A DNA stretch of 32,000 bases. Source: an archaeon. GTDB lineage: Archaea; Iainarchaeota; Iainarchaeia; Iainarchaeales; 1-14-0-10-31-34. Under the pieces are notes generated by a model. The model searched no databases and was not told the origin of the DNA. It saw only the letters and a program-made list of their open reading frames with translations. Shown here one piece after another: positions 1-9,836 of the stretch (position 1 is its first letter; every line of letters starts with the position of its first letter). The DNA lies in NCBI GenBank assembly GCA_024277355.1, contig JAJRVL010000002.1, positions 1 through 32,000 on the forward strand, read 5' to 3'. The translations under genes and the position numbers were made by a program.

Positions 1-72
1 CCTCTGGGCTCGTTATTCTCATTTATGTGAGTTTAATTGATTGAAGCGTTCAATCGTTTTGTTTAATATTAA

Positions 73-80
73 TTTATATT
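73..80 (+). promoter_or_regulatory. Possible TATA box for tRNA-Phe
   Basis: TTTATATT lies 27-34 nt upstream of the mature tRNA 5' end, as expected for an archaeal promoter. Confidence 0.4.
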
Positions 81-106
81 GGTTATTCCAATAATATTTT
101 ATTTCT

Positions 107-180
107 GAGACTGTAGCTCAGCCTGGGAGAGCACACGGCTGAAGACCGTGGTGTCGCGGGTCCAAATCCCGCCAGTCTCA
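107..180 (+). tRNA. tRNA-Phe (anticodon GAA)
   Basis: Cloverleaf read by eye: acceptor GAGACTG/CAGTCTC plus discriminator A, D-arm GCTC/GAGC, anticodon stem CACGG/CCGTG with loop CTGAAGA, T-arm GCGGG/CCCGC. No encoded CCA. Confidence 0.95.
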
Positions 181-269
181 TTTTTTTAAATTTAACGATT
201 GTTGCTTTTTTAATTTTTTTTTTTGCCTTTCTTTTTTTAAATTCTTCTCATCTTATTTTGAAAGGTTTT

Positions 270-1553
270 ATGAATTCTACTTTAGTTATTGGTTCTCAGT
301 TTGGGGATGAAGGAAAAGGAAAAATAGTTGACTATTTGGCTGAAAAAGCAGATTGTGTAGTAAGATATCAGGGTGGAAACAACGCAGGGCATACAGTGGT
401 TGTTAATGGGAAAATATTTAAACTGCATTTACTTCCATCTGGAACAATAAGAAAAAAAAATTCTTTTATTGGAGCAGGAGTTGCATTAGATCCAAGAGTA
501 TTAAAACAAGAAATTGCGTCATTAGAAAAAGAAGGAATTAAAGTTAATTTGCATATTGATCCAAGATGTCATATTGTTTTGCCTTATCATAATATTATTG
601 ATATAGGAAAAGAAGAAGCATTAAAAGAAAAAAATATTGGAACAACAAGAAGAGGGATGGGGCCGTGTTATTCAGACAGGGCTTCAAGAATTGGAATTAG
701 ATTTGATGATTTAGTTGCTGAAAAAAGATTTAAAGAAAAACTTGACTGGAATTTTCCTTATTATGTTGATTTATGCAAAAAAGTTTTAGGAAAAACTTTT
801 GATTTTACACAGGAAGAAGTATTTCAGGAATATGTGTCTTTAGGAAAAGAATTCAAAAAATATTTAACTGATGTTTCAATTGCTGTGAATAATTGTCTGG
901 ATAAAGGAAAAAATGTTTTGTTTGAAGGTGCGCAAGGAACTTTGCTGGATAATGATTTTGGAACTTATCCTTTTGTTACTTCGTCTCATCCAACTTCTGG
1001 TGCAGCAACAACAGGAGTAGGGGTGGCGCCTCAAAAATTAAAGACTGTGATTGGAATAGTTAAAGCATATACTACTAGAGTTGGTGCAGGGCCTTTTCCA
1101 ACTGAATTAAAAGGAGAAGAAGCAAACACTTTAAGAAATGCGGGAAATGAATTTGGCACTACTACTGGAAGGCCCCGAAGAGTTGGCTGGCTTGATTTGC
1201 CTTTGTTAAGATTATCAAACAGATTAAATGGTTTCACTGAATTAACTATAACTAAATTAGATGTTTTAAGCGGAATGAAAAAATTATTTATTGCCGATTC
1301 TTATACTCTTGAAGGAAACAAAGTTTTTGAATTTCCGTATGCAAATCATTTAGTTGAAAAAGTAACTCCAAATTATGTTGAGTTTGAAGGGTTTACTTTG
1401 GAAGAAAAAAACAAAGAAAATTTAAGAGAAAAAGGTTTTTCTGCACTGCCTTATACTGCAAAGAAATATTTGAGTTTTATTGAAAATAAAATTAATGTGC
1501 CAATTAAAATGGTTTCTTTTGGTGCGGAAAGAAATGACTTACTAAAAAAATAA
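270..1553 (+). CDS. purA: Adenylosuccinate synthetase; start moved from 258 to ATG at 270
   Basis: GSQFGDEGKGKIVDYLAEKADCVVRYQGGNNAGHTV and GTTTGRPRRVGWLDL motifs. The track start at 258 is a TTG; MNSTLVIG at 270 is a natural N-terminus. Confidence 0.95.
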   Translation: MNSTLVIGSQFGDEGKGKIVDYLAEKADCVVRYQGGNNAGHTVVVNGKIFKLHLLPSGTIRKKNSFIGAGVALDPRVLKQEIASLEKEGIKVNLHIDPRCHIVLPYHNIIDIGKEEALKEKNIGTTRRGMGPCYSDRASRIGIRFDDLVAEKRFKEKLDWNFPYYVDLCKKVLGKTFDFTQEEVFQEYVSLGKEFKKYLTDVSIAVNNCLDKGKNVLFEGAQGTLLDNDFGTYPFVTSSHPTSGAATTGVGVAPQKLKTVIGIVKAYTTRVGAGPFPTELKGEEANTLRNAGNEFGTTTGRPRRVGWLDLPLLRLSNRLNGFTELTITKLDVLSGMKKLFIADSYTLEGNKVFEFPYANHLVEKVTPNYVEFEGFTLEEKNKENLREKGFSALPYTAKKYLSFIENKINVPIKMVSFGAERNDLLKK

Positions 1554-2894
1554 TTATATTTTTTTTGTTAATTCAGAAGCTTTTCCAGTATAATTTTCGG
1601 GTTTTAATTTCAGTAATTTGTTTTTTTCTTTTTGACTTAAAGAACTTTTTTTAATAAATGTTCTTAATTCATCTAAAGAAAGTTTTTTTCCTCTGGAAAA
1701 CTCTTTTAATTGTTCATAAGCAGTGCTGTTTCCTTCTTTTCTCATTACTGTTTGGATTGCTTCGCTTAAAATTTCAGGGTGTTTTCTTAAATCTTCAAGC
1801 ATTTTTTCTTTGTTTGCCTGAATTCTGTTTAAGCCGTTTAAACACATTTTTATTCCTAGAATTGAATGCCCAAAAGCAGTTCCATAATTTCTTTTAATTG
1901 TTGAATCAGTTAAATCTCTTTGCATTCGGCTTTTCTGTAATCTTGAACTCAAAAAGGAAAGCAAATTGTTTGCTAATAATAAATTTCCTTCGCTGTTTTC
2001 AAACTGAATTGGATTAATTTTATGCGGCATAATTGAAGATCCGGTTTCTCCTGAAACTTTTTTTTGGGAAACATATTCTTTACTTATATAAAACCATAAA
2101 TCTGCATTTAAGTCAATTAATATATTATTCAATAAATTCATTTCATTTAATATTCTTGAAATGTTTTCATGAGGAATAATTTGGGTTGTTAATTCTTTAT
2201 TTTCAAAACTAAAACTTTCAACAAATTCTTTGCTTAATTTAATCCAGTTTTTTTCAGGAAATGCTTCAGAAAAAGAATTAAAATTTCCTGTAGCTGAATT
2301 AAGTTTTCCAGGTAATTTTAATTTTTTTAAGTAACTTAAAGAATTATTAATTCTTGAAGCAAAAACAGCTGTTTCTTTTCCAAAAGTTGTAGGTGAAGCT
2401 GGCTGGCCGTGAGTATGACTTAGCATTGCGGTTTTTTTTTCTTTTAATGCAATTTCTTTTAGTTTTTTTAACAAAACAAAACAATTAGTTATGTATAAGT
2501 TTAATCCTTTTTTGATTTGAATTGAGTTTGATAAATTGTTTATGTCTTCTGAGGTTAACCCAAAATGCACAAAGCTTTCTAAATCTTTTAATGAATTTTT
2601 TTTAATTTGTTTTCTTATATAATATTCTATTGCTTTTACATCATGGTTTGTTGTTTTTTCTATTTTTTTTATTTCTGTTGCGTCTTTTTCATTGAAGTTT
2701 TTATATAAATTTTCAAGGATTTTTTTTTCTTTTTCAGTTAGTTTTCTTATTATTCCTTTTTTTGATAAAAATAACAAATATTTGGTTTCAACTTCTAAAC
2801 GAAATTTTTGCATGCCGTATTCAGAGAAAATTTCTTGTAATTCAGAAAAATATCTTTCATATCTTCCGTCTATTGGAGAAACAGCTTTAATCAT
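1554..2894 (-). CDS. purB: Adenylosuccinate lyase
   Basis: Fumarase/ASL signature GSSIMPHKINPIQFENSEGN; MIKAVSPIDGRY N-terminus; THGQPASPTTFGKE. Confidence 0.95.
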   Translation of the reverse strand: MIKAVSPIDGRYERYFSELQEIFSEYGMQKFRLEVETKYLLFLSKKGIIRKLTEKEKKILENLYKNFNEKDATEIKKIEKTTNHDVKAIEYYIRKQIKKNSLKDLESFVHFGLTSEDINNLSNSIQIKKGLNLYITNCFVLLKKLKEIALKEKKTAMLSHTHGQPASPTTFGKETAVFASRINNSLSYLKKLKLPGKLNSATGNFNSFSEAFPEKNWIKLSKEFVESFSFENKELTTQIIPHENISRILNEMNLLNNILIDLNADLWFYISKEYVSQKKVSGETGSSIMPHKINPIQFENSEGNLLLANNLLSFLSSRLQKSRMQRDLTDSTIKRNYGTAFGHSILGIKMCLNGLNRIQANKEKMLEDLRKHPEILSEAIQTVMRKEGNSTAYEQLKEFSRGKKLSLDELRTFIKKSSLSQKEKNKLLKLKPENYTGKASELTKKI

Positions 2895-3011
2895 AAATAT
2901 TTATATGTTGAATTCTTTTTATTGGTTTTGTTTATTTTGGCTTTTGACTTTCCATTTGATTTAAATTCTTTAACTTATTTAATTATATTACTACTTTGAT
3001 GGTTTTTGTTT

Positions 3012-4436
3012 ATGTGTGGGATAATTGGAATTATTTCCAAAAAAGATGTTTTATCTGATATATTTGTAGGAATGCTTTCTTTACAGCACAGAGGACAGGA
3101 TTCAGCCGGAATACTTTCTTTTAATGAAAAAATGAATTTAATTAAAAAAGAAGGTTTAGTTGGTAATATTTTTTCAGAAAAAGAATTAAGTGAATTAAAA
3201 GCTAATGTTGCAATTGGTCATGCAAGGTATCCTACTATTGGCTCTGATTTTTTAGTTGATGCCCAGCCTTTTATGGTGTCAAAGCCGTATGAAATTGGAA
3301 TGGCGCATAATGGAAACATAACTAATTATTTTGATTTAAAAAAAGAACAAAATTCAGAAACAGATTGTGTTGTTTCTTCTTGTGATTTGGAAGTTGTATT
3401 AAATGTTTTTGCAGAAAATTTGGATGAAAATTTTTCTGTTAAGTCTTTATTTTTTGCAGTTAAAAAAGTTTTTGAAAAAGTTAAGGGCTCTTATTCTATT
3501 GTTGCAGTAATAAAAGGCAAAGGTTTATTGGCGTTTAGAGATCCCAATGCTTTGCGTCCTTTAATTATGGCTGAAAAAACTGTTAATGGAATTAAGTCTG
3601 TGGGTTTTGCTTCTGAAAGTCTTTCTTTAACTTCAACTGGTCATAAAATAATTAAAGATTTAAATGCAGGGGAAGCAGTTTTTGTTGATTCTGATTTAAA
3701 TGTTGTTTCTGAAGTTTTGGTTAAAGGTAATCCTACTCACTGTATGTTTGAATGGGTTTATTTTTCTGGGGCTGAATCAATTCTTGATGGATTAGAAGTT
3801 TATACTGCGAGAATTAATTTAGGAAAAGAATTAGCTAAAGAATGGAAAAAAACCGGCTTAAAGGCGGATGTTGTTATTCCGGTTCCTGATACAAGCAGAA
3901 CTGCAGCATCAAAATTGGCGGAAGAAATTAATCTTCCTTATCGCGAAGGATTAATTAAAAACAGATATATTGGAAGAACTTTTATTATGGCTTCTCAGGC
4001 AAGAAGAGAAAACGGAGTAAGATTAAAACTTAATCCTGTTGAAAGTGAAATTAAAGGAAAAGATATTTTACTGGTTGATGATAGTATTGTAAGAGGAACT
4101 ACTTCAAAAAAAATTGTTAAACTGCTGAAAGATAATGGTGCAAAAAAAGTTTTTTTCCTTTCAACCTGTCCTCCAATAATTTCTCCTTGTTTTTATGGAG
4201 TTGATATGCCTTCTAAAAAAGAATTAATTGCTTCGCAAATGTCAGTAGATGAAATAAGAAAACATATTGGAGCTGATTTTTTATTTTATAATTCAATTGA
4301 CGCATTAAAAAAAGCTTTAGAAAGGGAAGATTTATGTATGGCTTGTTTAACTGGGAATTATCCTGTTGCTATTCCTAAAAAAACAGAAACTGAATTTGAA
4401 AAAACAAGAAAAGAAGAACAGGAAAAACAGAGGTGA
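3012..4436 (+). CDS. purF: Amidophosphoribosyltransferase, [4Fe-4S]-type
   Basis: MCGIIGI class II glutamine amidotransferase N-terminus, which sets the start at 3012; SVCFASES-like and LVDDSIVRGTTSKKIV PRPP-binding motif; cysteines in PTHCMFEW, ISPCFYGVDMP and CMACLTGNYP. Confidence 0.95.
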   Translation: MCGIIGIISKKDVLSDIFVGMLSLQHRGQDSAGILSFNEKMNLIKKEGLVGNIFSEKELSELKANVAIGHARYPTIGSDFLVDAQPFMVSKPYEIGMAHNGNITNYFDLKKEQNSETDCVVSSCDLEVVLNVFAENLDENFSVKSLFFAVKKVFEKVKGSYSIVAVIKGKGLLAFRDPNALRPLIMAEKTVNGIKSVGFASESLSLTSTGHKIIKDLNAGEAVFVDSDLNVVSEVLVKGNPTHCMFEWVYFSGAESILDGLEVYTARINLGKELAKEWKKTGLKADVVIPVPDTSRTAASKLAEEINLPYREGLIKNRYIGRTFIMASQARRENGVRLKLNPVESEIKGKDILLVDDSIVRGTTSKKIVKLLKDNGAKKVFFLSTCPPIISPCFYGVDMPSKKELIASQMSVDEIRKHIGADFLFYNSIDALKKALEREDLCMACLTGNYPVAIPKKTETEFEKTRKEEQEKQR

Positions 4437-4440
4437 TTTA

Positions 4441-5406
4441 ATGGGTTCAGTTAAGGATTTAGAAATAATAAAAAAGCCTTCAGAAAAAGAATTTGGAACA
4501 GGAATTTTTTCTTTTACTGATGATTATAGTGTGTTTGATTTTGGAAAAATGCCTGAAACAATTCCTAATAAAGGAAATTCATTATGCAGGATGGCTTCTT
4601 ATAATTTTGAAAAAGTAAATGAATTAGGAATTAATTCGCATTTTGAAGAATTTATTTCTCCTAATAAAATGAAAGTTAAATTAGTTCAGGTAATTTATCC
4701 GGATAAACAAAAGTTAACTTCAAATGATTCAAATTATTTAATTCCTTTAGAAGTAATTTTTCGTAACATGCTTCCTGAAGGAAGTTCTTTGTTGTCAAGA
4801 TTTAGAGAAGGAAAAGCTGATTTTAAGGCCTATGGTTTTTCTGTAATGCCTAAAGCAAATGAATTGTTTGTTAAGCCTTTAGTTGAATTTTCAACTAAAT
4901 TAGAGCCAATTGACAGAATGTTATCTGAAACCGAAGCAGCTGAAATGTCTGCTTTAAACGAAACTGAATTAATTCAAATTAAAGATTTTGCTTTAAAAGT
5001 AAATGATTTTTTGAATGAAAAAGCTGTTTCACTTAATTTAGTTCATGCAGACGGAAAAATTGAATTAGCTTTTTCTCCTGAAAGAAAAATTATTTTAGTT
5101 GATGTTTTTGGTACTTTAGATGAAAACAGATTTTTGTTTAATGGATTAAATGTAAGCAAACAAATTGCAAGAGATTATTATATGAAAACCGACTGGCATA
5201 AAGAATTGTCTGAGGCAAAAAATTCAGGGAAAGAAAAAGATGAATGGCCTGTTCCACCTGAATTACCTTCAAAATTATTGGAATTAATTTCTGAAATTTA
5301 TTCTGCTACTGCTCAGGAATGGATTGGGGAAGATTTTGCTTCTGCAAGAAAATTAGAAGTAGTTTTAGCTGAATTTAAGGAATTAAAAGAAAAGAATAAT
5401 TGGTAG
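4441..5406 (+). CDS. purC: Phosphoribosylaminoimidazole-succinocarboxamide synthase
   Basis: IPLEVIFRNMLPEGSSL, DGKIELAFSPERKIILVDVFGTLDENRF and VSKQIARDYY motifs. Strong Shine-Dalgarno GAGGTGAT just before ATG 4441; the track start at 4366 is too early. Confidence 0.85.
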   Translation: MGSVKDLEIIKKPSEKEFGTGIFSFTDDYSVFDFGKMPETIPNKGNSLCRMASYNFEKVNELGINSHFEEFISPNKMKVKLVQVIYPDKQKLTSNDSNYLIPLEVIFRNMLPEGSSLLSRFREGKADFKAYGFSVMPKANELFVKPLVEFSTKLEPIDRMLSETEAAEMSALNETELIQIKDFALKVNDFLNEKAVSLNLVHADGKIELAFSPERKIILVDVFGTLDENRFLFNGLNVSKQIARDYYMKTDWHKELSEAKNSGKEKDEWPVPPELPSKLLELISEIYSATAQEWIGEDFASARKLEVVLAEFKELKEKNNW

Positions 5407-5451
5407 AGGAAAGCATTAAATATTTTGAAATCAATTATTGTTTGTGGTTTT

Positions 5452-5832
5452 ATGAAAGTTGCAGTTGTAATGGGTTCCGAATCAGATAAAAAAATAGCAG
5501 AAAAAGCAGAACAGGTTTTAAAGGAAAATAAAATTCCTTTTGAAACTTTTGTTGCTTCAGCTCATAGAAACCCTGATAAAGTAAAAGAAATTGCATTAAA
5601 GGATTTTGATGTTTTTATTGCAATAGCAGGGCTAAGTGCTGCTTTACCTGGCGTAATTGCTTCTCATACAAAAAAACCTGTTATTGGCGTTCCTGTTTCA
5701 TCAAAGTTAGGTGGCTTAGATGCATTATTAGCTATCAGCCAGATGCCTAAAGGAGTTCCTGTTGCTTGTGTTGGAATAGATAATGGCCAGAATGCTGCTT
5801 ATTTAGCTATTCGAATTCTTAAATCAAAATAA
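5452..5832 (+). CDS. purE: 5-(carboxyamino)imidazole ribonucleotide mutase (PurE)
   Basis: [13 protein letters not shown]...SAHRNPDKV...[24 protein letters not shown]. Internal M at 5452 matches the usual N-terminus. Confidence 0.93.
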   Translation: MKVAVVMGSESDKKIAEKAEQVLKENKIPFETFVASAHRNPDKVKEIALKDFDVFIAIAGLSAALPGVIASHTKKPVIGVPVSSKLGGLDALLAISQMPKGVPVACVGIDNGQNAAYLAIRILKSK

Positions 5833-5925
5833 TTAAAATAACCTTTCTTCATTATTATTTATGTTGTACAAAAAATTGAATTCTGTTTTTTCTATTTTCT
5901 TATATATTTTTATTGAGGCTGTTAA

Positions 5926-7455
5926 ATGATTGCAGTAATTAATTTTGGAGGGCAGTATTGTCATTTAATTGCAAGAAAAATTCGCGAATTAGGTGTTAAA
6001 GCAGAAATTTTTTCTAATTTAATTTCAGCTGAAGAATTAAATGAATTAAATCCAGCAGGAATAATTTTGTCTGGCGGTCCTGCAAGTGTTAATGAATTAA
6101 ATGCACCTAAAATGGATGCAGAAATACTGAAATTAGGAATTCCTGTTTTGGGAATTTGTTACGGCTTGCAGTTAATCACAAAAGAGTTAGGGGGATTAGT
6201 TAAACCAGGAAAAACAAAAGAATATGGAAAAAATTTTATTGAAGTTAAAGGAAATGATCCTTTATTTGAAGGGTTATATAATGAACAGGTTTGGATTTCT
6301 CATTTTGATGCAGTAAAAAAACCACCTAAAAATTTTGTTGTTTCTTCTTCAACTTCTGGCTGTCCTGTTGCTTCAATGTTTTCAGAAGAAAAAAACATTT
6401 TTGGTTTACAGTTTCACCCCGAAGTCCACCATACTCCTAATGGTAAAAAAATTTTAGAAAATTTTCTAAAAATATGTAAAGCAAAAAAAGACTGGAAAAT
6501 TTCTTCTGTTTTAAATGAAATGCAGAAAGAAATTAAAGTAAAAGTTAAAGATAAAAAAGTTATTATGGGTGTTTCAGGAGGAGTTGATTCTTTGGTTGCT
6601 TCAGTTATAATTCATAAAACTATTCCTAATCAGTTGTTTTGTGTGTTTATTGATAATGGTTTAATGAGAAAAAATGAAAAAGAATATATTGAAAAGTTAT
6701 ATAAAAAAATGAAGTTTAAGCATTTTTTTTCAGTTAATGCTGAAAAAGAATTTCTTTCAGCGTTAAAAGGAGTTTTTGATCCTGAAGAAAAAAGAAAAAT
6801 TATTGGGCATACGTTTATCAAAGTTTTTGAGGATGTTGCATTTGATTTACAGAATGAATTTGGTAAAATTTCTTTTTTAGGTCAGGGAACAATTTATCCT
6901 GATAGAATTGAGTCAGCTGAACCGTCTGAAACCGCATCAAAAATTAAGTCTCATCATAATGTTACTTTGCCTGAAAAAATGCATTTTGATTTAGTTGAAC
7001 CGTTAAGGGAATTTTATAAAGATGAAGTAAGAAAAATAGGACAAAAACTTAAAATCCAAAAAGAGTTTTTGAACAGGCACCCTTTTCCTGGACCTGGTTT
7101 AAGTGTAAGAGTTTTAGGGGAAGTAACAAAAGAAAAACTTGAAATTTTAAGGGAAGTTGATTTTATTTTTATTGATGAATTAAAGAAAGAAAAATTTTAT
7201 TATAAAACCTGGCAGGCGTTGGCTGCATTGCTTCCAGTTAAAGCTGTTGGTGTTAAAGGAGATGAAAGAGATTATTCTTATATTGTTGCTTTAAGAGCTG
7301 TGAATTCAGTTGATGGAATGACTGCTGACTGGACTAGAATTCCAGATGACTTATTAGAAAAAATTTCTTCCAGAATTTTAAATGAAGTTAATGGAGTTGG
7401 AAGAGTCTTATATGACATTTCCCAAAAGCCTCCTGCGACAATAGAATTTGAATAA
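5926..7455 (+). CDS. guaA: GMP synthase (glutamine-hydrolysing), fused GATase + ATP-PPase
   Basis: GGQYCHLIARKIREL, GICYGLQL, LQFHPEVHHTPNG, MGVSGGVDSLVAS, and C-terminal KPPATIEFE. Confidence 0.96.
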   Translation: MIAVINFGGQYCHLIARKIRELGVKAEIFSNLISAEELNELNPAGIILSGGPASVNELNAPKMDAEILKLGIPVLGICYGLQLITKELGGLVKPGKTKEYGKNFIEVKGNDPLFEGLYNEQVWISHFDAVKKPPKNFVVSSSTSGCPVASMFSEEKNIFGLQFHPEVHHTPNGKKILENFLKICKAKKDWKISSVLNEMQKEIKVKVKDKKVIMGVSGGVDSLVASVIIHKTIPNQLFCVFIDNGLMRKNEKEYIEKLYKKMKFKHFFSVNAEKEFLSALKGVFDPEEKRKIIGHTFIKVFEDVAFDLQNEFGKISFLGQGTIYPDRIESAEPSETASKIKSHHNVTLPEKMHFDLVEPLREFYKDEVRKIGQKLKIQKEFLNRHPFPGPGLSVRVLGEVTKEKLEILREVDFIFIDELKKEKFYYKTWQALAALLPVKAVGVKGDERDYSYIVALRAVNSVDGMTADWTRIPDDLLEKISSRILNEVNGVGRVLYDISQKPPATIEFE

Positions 7456-8931
7456 CTACTCTTTTAGTTTCATAAAAGGAAATAATATTACGTCTCTTAT
7501 TGAAATAGAATCAGTTAATAGCATTACAAGTCTGTCTATTCCTATTCCAATTCCTGAAGTAGGAGGCATTCCTATTTCCATGGCTTTAATAAAATCATAA
7601 TCCATTCTTTGTGCTTCAGAATCTCCTTTTTTTAATGCTTTTTCTTGGTTTTCCCAGTTTTTTTTAAGTTCTTCTGGATTGTTTAATTCTGAATAACTGT
7701 TTCCTATTTCCCAGCCATTAATATATGGTTCAAATCTTTCAACAAATTTTTTGTTGTTTTCTTTTTTCTTTGCTAAAGGAGATAATTCTGAAGGAAAATC
7801 ATAGACTATTGTTGGTTTAATTAAAGTGTGTTCTACTTTTTCTTCAAATAAGTCAGTTAATAATTGTGCCCAAGTTTTGTTTTTTGCGTTTTCAATTTTT
7901 TGTTTTTCTGCTTTTTCTTTTATTTTTTCTATTGGTTCTTTTTCAAAATCTATTCCTGTTTCTTTTTTTACTGCTTCTATTAATGTTATTTTTTTCCACG
8001 GTCTTTTAACATCAATTTCTTTTCCTTGGTAAGAAAATTTTGTTGTTCCTAAAACTTTTTTTGCAACAAATTCAACCATTTCTTCGCATAATTCTATGTT
8101 GTATTCATAGTTTTTGTATGCAGCCATTGTTTCCATTTGCAGAAATTCAGGATTATGTGTTTTGTCTATTCCTTCGTTTCTAAAATCTTGTGAGAATTCA
8201 AATATTTTTTCGTAACCACCGGTTATAAGTCTTTTCAAATACATTTCATTTGATATTCGCATATAAACTTTCATATTTAATTCGTTTAATTTTGAATCAA
8301 AAGGCTGTGCGTTTGTTCCTCCATAAATTGGCTGAAGGATAGGCGTTTCTACTTCTTTGTATCCTTTTGTTTCAAGGAATTCTCTTATAGCTTTGATTGT
8401 TTTTCTTCTTTTTTCAAATATTTCTTTTACTTCAGGGTTTATTATTAAATCTAAATATCTTTGTCTATATCTTGTTTCTTTATCTTTTAATCCATGGAAT
8501 TTTTCCGGAAGAACTTCAATTGATTTTGTAAGTAATTCTATTTTTTTTACATTTATTGTGAGTTCTCCTTTTTTTGTTTTAAACAAACTTCCTTTAATTC
8601 CTATTAAGTCTCCTCTGTCTATTAAATTGAATAATTCTATTGTTTTTTTGTCTATTTGTTTTTCTCTTACTGCAAACTGGATTTTTCCGGTTTCGTCTGT
8701 CAAATCTCCAAAAGATAATTTTCCAAATTTTCTTAAAGACATTATTCTTCCTGCAACAGAAAAGTCTTTTGTTATTTCTTCTTCATTTTTTATTGAATCG
8801 AATTGTTCATGAAGTTTTTTTGCATAGTTTTTTTTATCAAAGTTATGTGCATAAGGATTTATGCCTAATTCAATTATTTTTTTTAGATTGTTTATTTTGC
8901 TTTGTTTTAAATCGCTTATTTCTTCAGTCAT
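7456..8931 (-). CDS. lysS: Lysyl-tRNA synthetase, class II
   Basis: Class II motifs FRNEGIDKTHNPEFLQMETMAAY and GIGIGIDRLVMLLTDSISIRDVILFP; GRIMSLRKFGKLSFGDLTD OB-fold. Confidence 0.95.
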   Translation of the reverse strand: MTEEISDLKQSKINNLKKIIELGINPYAHNFDKKNYAKKLHEQFDSIKNEEEITKDFSVAGRIMSLRKFGKLSFGDLTDETGKIQFAVREKQIDKKTIELFNLIDRGDLIGIKGSLFKTKKGELTINVKKIELLTKSIEVLPEKFHGLKDKETRYRQRYLDLIINPEVKEIFEKRRKTIKAIREFLETKGYKEVETPILQPIYGGTNAQPFDSKLNELNMKVYMRISNEMYLKRLITGGYEKIFEFSQDFRNEGIDKTHNPEFLQMETMAAYKNYEYNIELCEEMVEFVAKKVLGTTKFSYQGKEIDVKRPWKKITLIEAVKKETGIDFEKEPIEKIKEKAEKQKIENAKNKTWAQLLTDLFEEKVEHTLIKPTIVYDFPSELSPLAKKKENNKKFVERFEPYINGWEIGNSYSELNNPEELKKNWENQEKALKKGDSEAQRMDYDFIKAMEIGMPPTSGIGIGIDRLVMLLTDSISIRDVILFPFMKLKE

Positions 8932-9026
8932 TTAATCACTTTATTGAATATAATTAAATTTCAGTTAAAAATTGTTTTTAATCTTTGGTTTTAGTGAATT
9001 TCAATGATTTTTATTAGATTAATCCT

Positions 9027-9770
9027 TTAACTTTCGTCGTAGGCTTCTTCTATTCCGTGGACTTTCATTCCGTTTTTGGTTATTGTTACTGGATGTAAGT
9101 CTTCTGAGTGTTTTGTTGAACGCATTTTTCTTATGTGGACTGTTCTGTTTGTTCCGCCGCCGCCTATTCCTGAATAATGTAATACTATTACTCCATCTAC
9201 TACATATTCTTCTACATCATATCTTCCGAATTTGGCTGCACCTTCTTGTATTTCTGAAGTCATAATTGAAGTTACTCCAATTCTCATTAACATATAACTT
9301 AATTTTAGTATTGCTTTTCTTGTTTCATTTTCGTTTTCAAAATTAAAGCCTAATGCAGGAATTGAATCAATTACTGCTCTTTTTGCTCCAATTCTTTTTG
9401 TTACTCTCATTATTTCTAGTAATAATTTATCTAAATCAAAACCTGTCATTGGTAAAGAAAATTCTTCTTCTGACGGCATACCAATTCTTGCAACACTTCC
9501 GTCTATTATGCTGATTAATTTTTTTTCTTCTAATTTTTTTAAATCCCAGCCAAATCTTGTTACGTCTTCTCTTATTAATTCTGGTCTTTCATCTAAAGTT
9601 ACATATATTCCTGGTTCATTGTATTTTACGGCGCCATTGTAAATATACTGCATTGAAAAAATTGTTTTTCCGGTTCCACACGCTCCTGATACAAGCATTG
9701 TTCTTTTTTCAGGAAAGCCTCCTTCAATTAAATCATCTAATCCGCTTATTCCAGTTTTAACTCTTTTCAT
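9027..9770 (-). CDS. KaiC-like RecA-superfamily ATPase
   Basis: TGISGLDDLIEGGFPEKRTMLVSGACGTGKTIFSMQ (Walker A), KRAVIDSIPALG (Walker B). Shine-Dalgarno AAAAGGTG precedes ATG 9770. Confidence 0.9.
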   Translation of the reverse strand: MKRVKTGISGLDDLIEGGFPEKRTMLVSGACGTGKTIFSMQYIYNGAVKYNEPGIYVTLDERPELIREDVTRFGWDLKKLEEKKLISIIDGSVARIGMPSEEEFSLPMTGFDLDKLLLEIMRVTKRIGAKRAVIDSIPALGFNFENENETRKAILKLSYMLMRIGVTSIMTSEIQEGAAKFGRYDVEEYVVDGVIVLHYSGIGGGGTNRTVHIRKMRSTKHSEDLHPVTITKNGMKVHGIEEAYDES

Positions 9771-9836
9771 TTTTAACACCTTTTTCTATAATTATTGTTT
9801 TTGAATTAATAAACTTTTGTTTTTGTGTTTTTTCAG

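Noticed and set aside
4366-4440. N-terminal extension of purC from 4366 (MLFLKKQKLNLKKQEKKNRKNRGDL)
   Set aside because: It overlaps the C-terminus of purF in another frame, while a strong GAGGTGAT Shine-Dalgarno sits just upstream of ATG 4441.
9557-9760. Leu/Phe-rich short ORFs antisense to known genes (also 9083-9265, 8640-8957, 26946-27149, 31149-31337 and similar)
   Set aside because: They lie wholly or largely opposite well-supported genes, and their Leu/Phe/Ser-rich content is a by-product of AT-rich coding DNA. No start-site or family support.
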